A stretch of 64,000 bases of DNA from the human T2T-CHM13v2.0 reference genome, Homo sapiens. The stretch is from assembly GCF_009914755.1 (NCBI RefSeq), contig NC_060929.1, one strand, 5' to 3'. This document shows positions 62,430 through 64,000 of the stretch, piece after piece (the stretch's first letter is position 1; each line of letters starts with the position of its first letter). The notes below the pieces were generated by a model. That model saw nothing but the letters and a program-made list of their open reading frames with translations. It was not told the origin of the DNA and searched no databases. The position numbers were made by a program, and so were the translations under genes.

Positions 62430-62640
62430 TTCATTTGTTGGGCCCTTATAATCACTGCTCACAAACACTGAACTAAGTGTTGTATATACATAAATATAAT
62501 TACCTGCACCAAGATCTCACGGGATTTATAACACTATCACTCACATTTCAAAATGGGAAAACAGTGGATCATCAAAGTAAAGTAATATTGCTCATAAGTT
62601 ATATGTAGAAGTCAGAATTCCACTGTCCAGACTCTTAACC
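62430..62640 (-). mobile_element. MIR fragment
   Basis: cacatttcaaaatgggaaaacag...aagtaaagtaatattgctcataagtt...ccagactcttaacc. Confidence 0.6.
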
Positions 62641-62824
62641 CATAGGATGACCTATCAAAATCTTTTCTGAGCCTGCTTCACCCACTTAGAAGTATAGTCT
62701 CATTGATGATTTATGACTGTTTCCCTTTATGGGGTAATCATTTAAAATCTTTCATATTTTAAATGTACAGTAAAAACAGAAATAATTTTTGGTAAAAACA
62801 AGAGGAGCATGCTTTGGAGTAGGA

Positions 62825-63028
62825 ATACAATATAGTAGTTAAAAACCTGGCTTCATTCCACTTGAATTTAAGGTCTGACTCTGCTATACCAAATGAGGTG
62901 TGATATCAGTGCAGTTAACAAGTTTCTCTGAGCCTCAGTTTTCTTATCTCTAAAATGGGCAAAATTATGACTACTTCAAATGCTATTGGAAGGATTAACT
63001 GAATTGGTGCATCTAAAATTATTAGCGG
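62825..63028 (+). mobile_element. MIR, continuing at ~63561-63605 after the L1 insertion
   Basis: tatagtagttaaaaac...ctctgagcctcagtttcttatctctaaaatggg...aggattaactga; resumes ttggcatgtagcaagcactcaatac. Confidence 0.85.
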
Positions 63029-63546
63029 CACCCATAAACTCTTCATTTAACATTAGGTATATCTCCTAATGCTATCCCTCCCCCCTCCCCCCACCCCACA
63101 ACAGTCCCCAGTGTGTGATGTTCCCCTTCCTGTGTCCAGGTGTTCTCATTGTTCAATTCCCACCTATGAGTGAGAACATGCGGTGTTTGTTTTTTTCTCC
63201 TTGTGATAGTTTGCTGAGAATGATGATTTCCAGTTTCATCCATGTCCCTACAAAGGACATGAACTCATCATTTTTTTATGGCTGCATAGTATTCCATGGT
63301 GTATATGTGCCACATTTTCTTAATCCAGTCTATCATTGTTGGACATTTGGGTTGGTTCCAAGTCTTTGCTATTGTGAATAATTGCACCCTAAAACTTAAA
63401 GTGTAATAATAAAAAAAATGGAAGCCTATCTTAATATCTGGTGTTATAAATACAGATTCTTACACAAAACAGTTATTCTCAATGAAAGAAAATTCAAAGT
63501 GCTTCCATCTTGCTCCTTTAAAAATAAAATAAAATAAGGTAAAATA
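63029..63546 (+). mobile_element. L1PA3/4-like insertion: inverted 5' segment, sense 3' tip and 3' transduction
   Basis: 63029-63382 antisense L1 3' region; 63383-63418 sense L1 tip with A-tail (tgcaccctaaaacttaaagtgtaataataaaaaaaa); 63419-63519 non-L1; second A-rich tail 63520-63546; TSD aaaattattagcgg (63015-63028) / aaaataattagtgg (63547-63560). Confidence 0.88.
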
Positions 63547-64000
63547 AAAATAATTAGTGGAATGTTTAGCATTTGGCATGTAGCAAGCACTCAATACATA
63601 TATAAAATGAGATTTATGAAGTCAAACAACAATAGCCATTATTGTTTGACGTTAAAAATCCCATTTTATCCATATTTCTGTCCAAACTTCATTTCTTAGA
63701 GAAATAACTTCTTTCTGCTTGCCTCTACCTAAAGTGTAACAGATTGTGCTTTAAATTTTGGTTTACATTTCGTTCTTGTTATTTTCCTCTCCCAGGTATA
63801 ATGGGTGTAGCTATAATTCCACCTGGAATAAGACTTTGTCCTGGCCATGATTCTTTAATATCCTTCTTCAGATTGAAACCAGCTCCACGCATATTCCCTC
63901 CCCAAACTTTCCTATCCCCAAAGCTGCTAGCTAAATCAGTGATGGTAGCAACTCTTCTGTTATCTGGCATTCATGGGATCCCACCTCATACTTAATCTCA

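Noticed and set aside
63043-63381. Overlapping ORFs of 66 and 88 aa
   Set aside because: Both lie within the inverted L1 segment.
63770-63995. Polypyrimidine AG acceptor at 63794-63795 within an 83-aa ORF
   Set aside because: No donor within the window and no recognisable peptide; isolated acceptors like this are common.

Overview
AT-rich, non-coding primate (most likely human) genomic DNA. No protein-coding gene, rRNA, tRNA or CRISPR array is supported; the listed ORFs are short chance frames or translations of Alu/L1/LTR sequence. Much of the window is interspersed repeat: Alus, L1 3' fragments, L2, MIR, MaLR LTRs (MLT1, THE1), ERV1/ERVK/ERVL solo LTRs (LTR8, MER4, MER11, LTR16-like) and DNA transposons (Tigger3, MER33, MER5A, Charlie1). 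Family names were assigned by eye from remembered consensus sequences, so subfamily calls are tentative. The most informative structures are: (1) a retrocopy of what I recognise from memory as part of the XIAP 3'UTR (23331-24520), with a twin-priming 5' inversion, an inherited Alu, a proximal poly(A) site and two competing candidate target-site duplications (TSDs); (2) an L1PA insertion (63029-63546) with both a twin-priming inversion and a ~100-bp 3' transduction; (3) an internally deleted MER11 LTR whose breakpoint abuts a perfect 13-bp hairpin; (4) back-to-back LTR8/MER4 LTRs; and (5) enhancer-like unique segments and candidate plus-strand lncRNA exons. I did not find convincing evidence of a new biological system.
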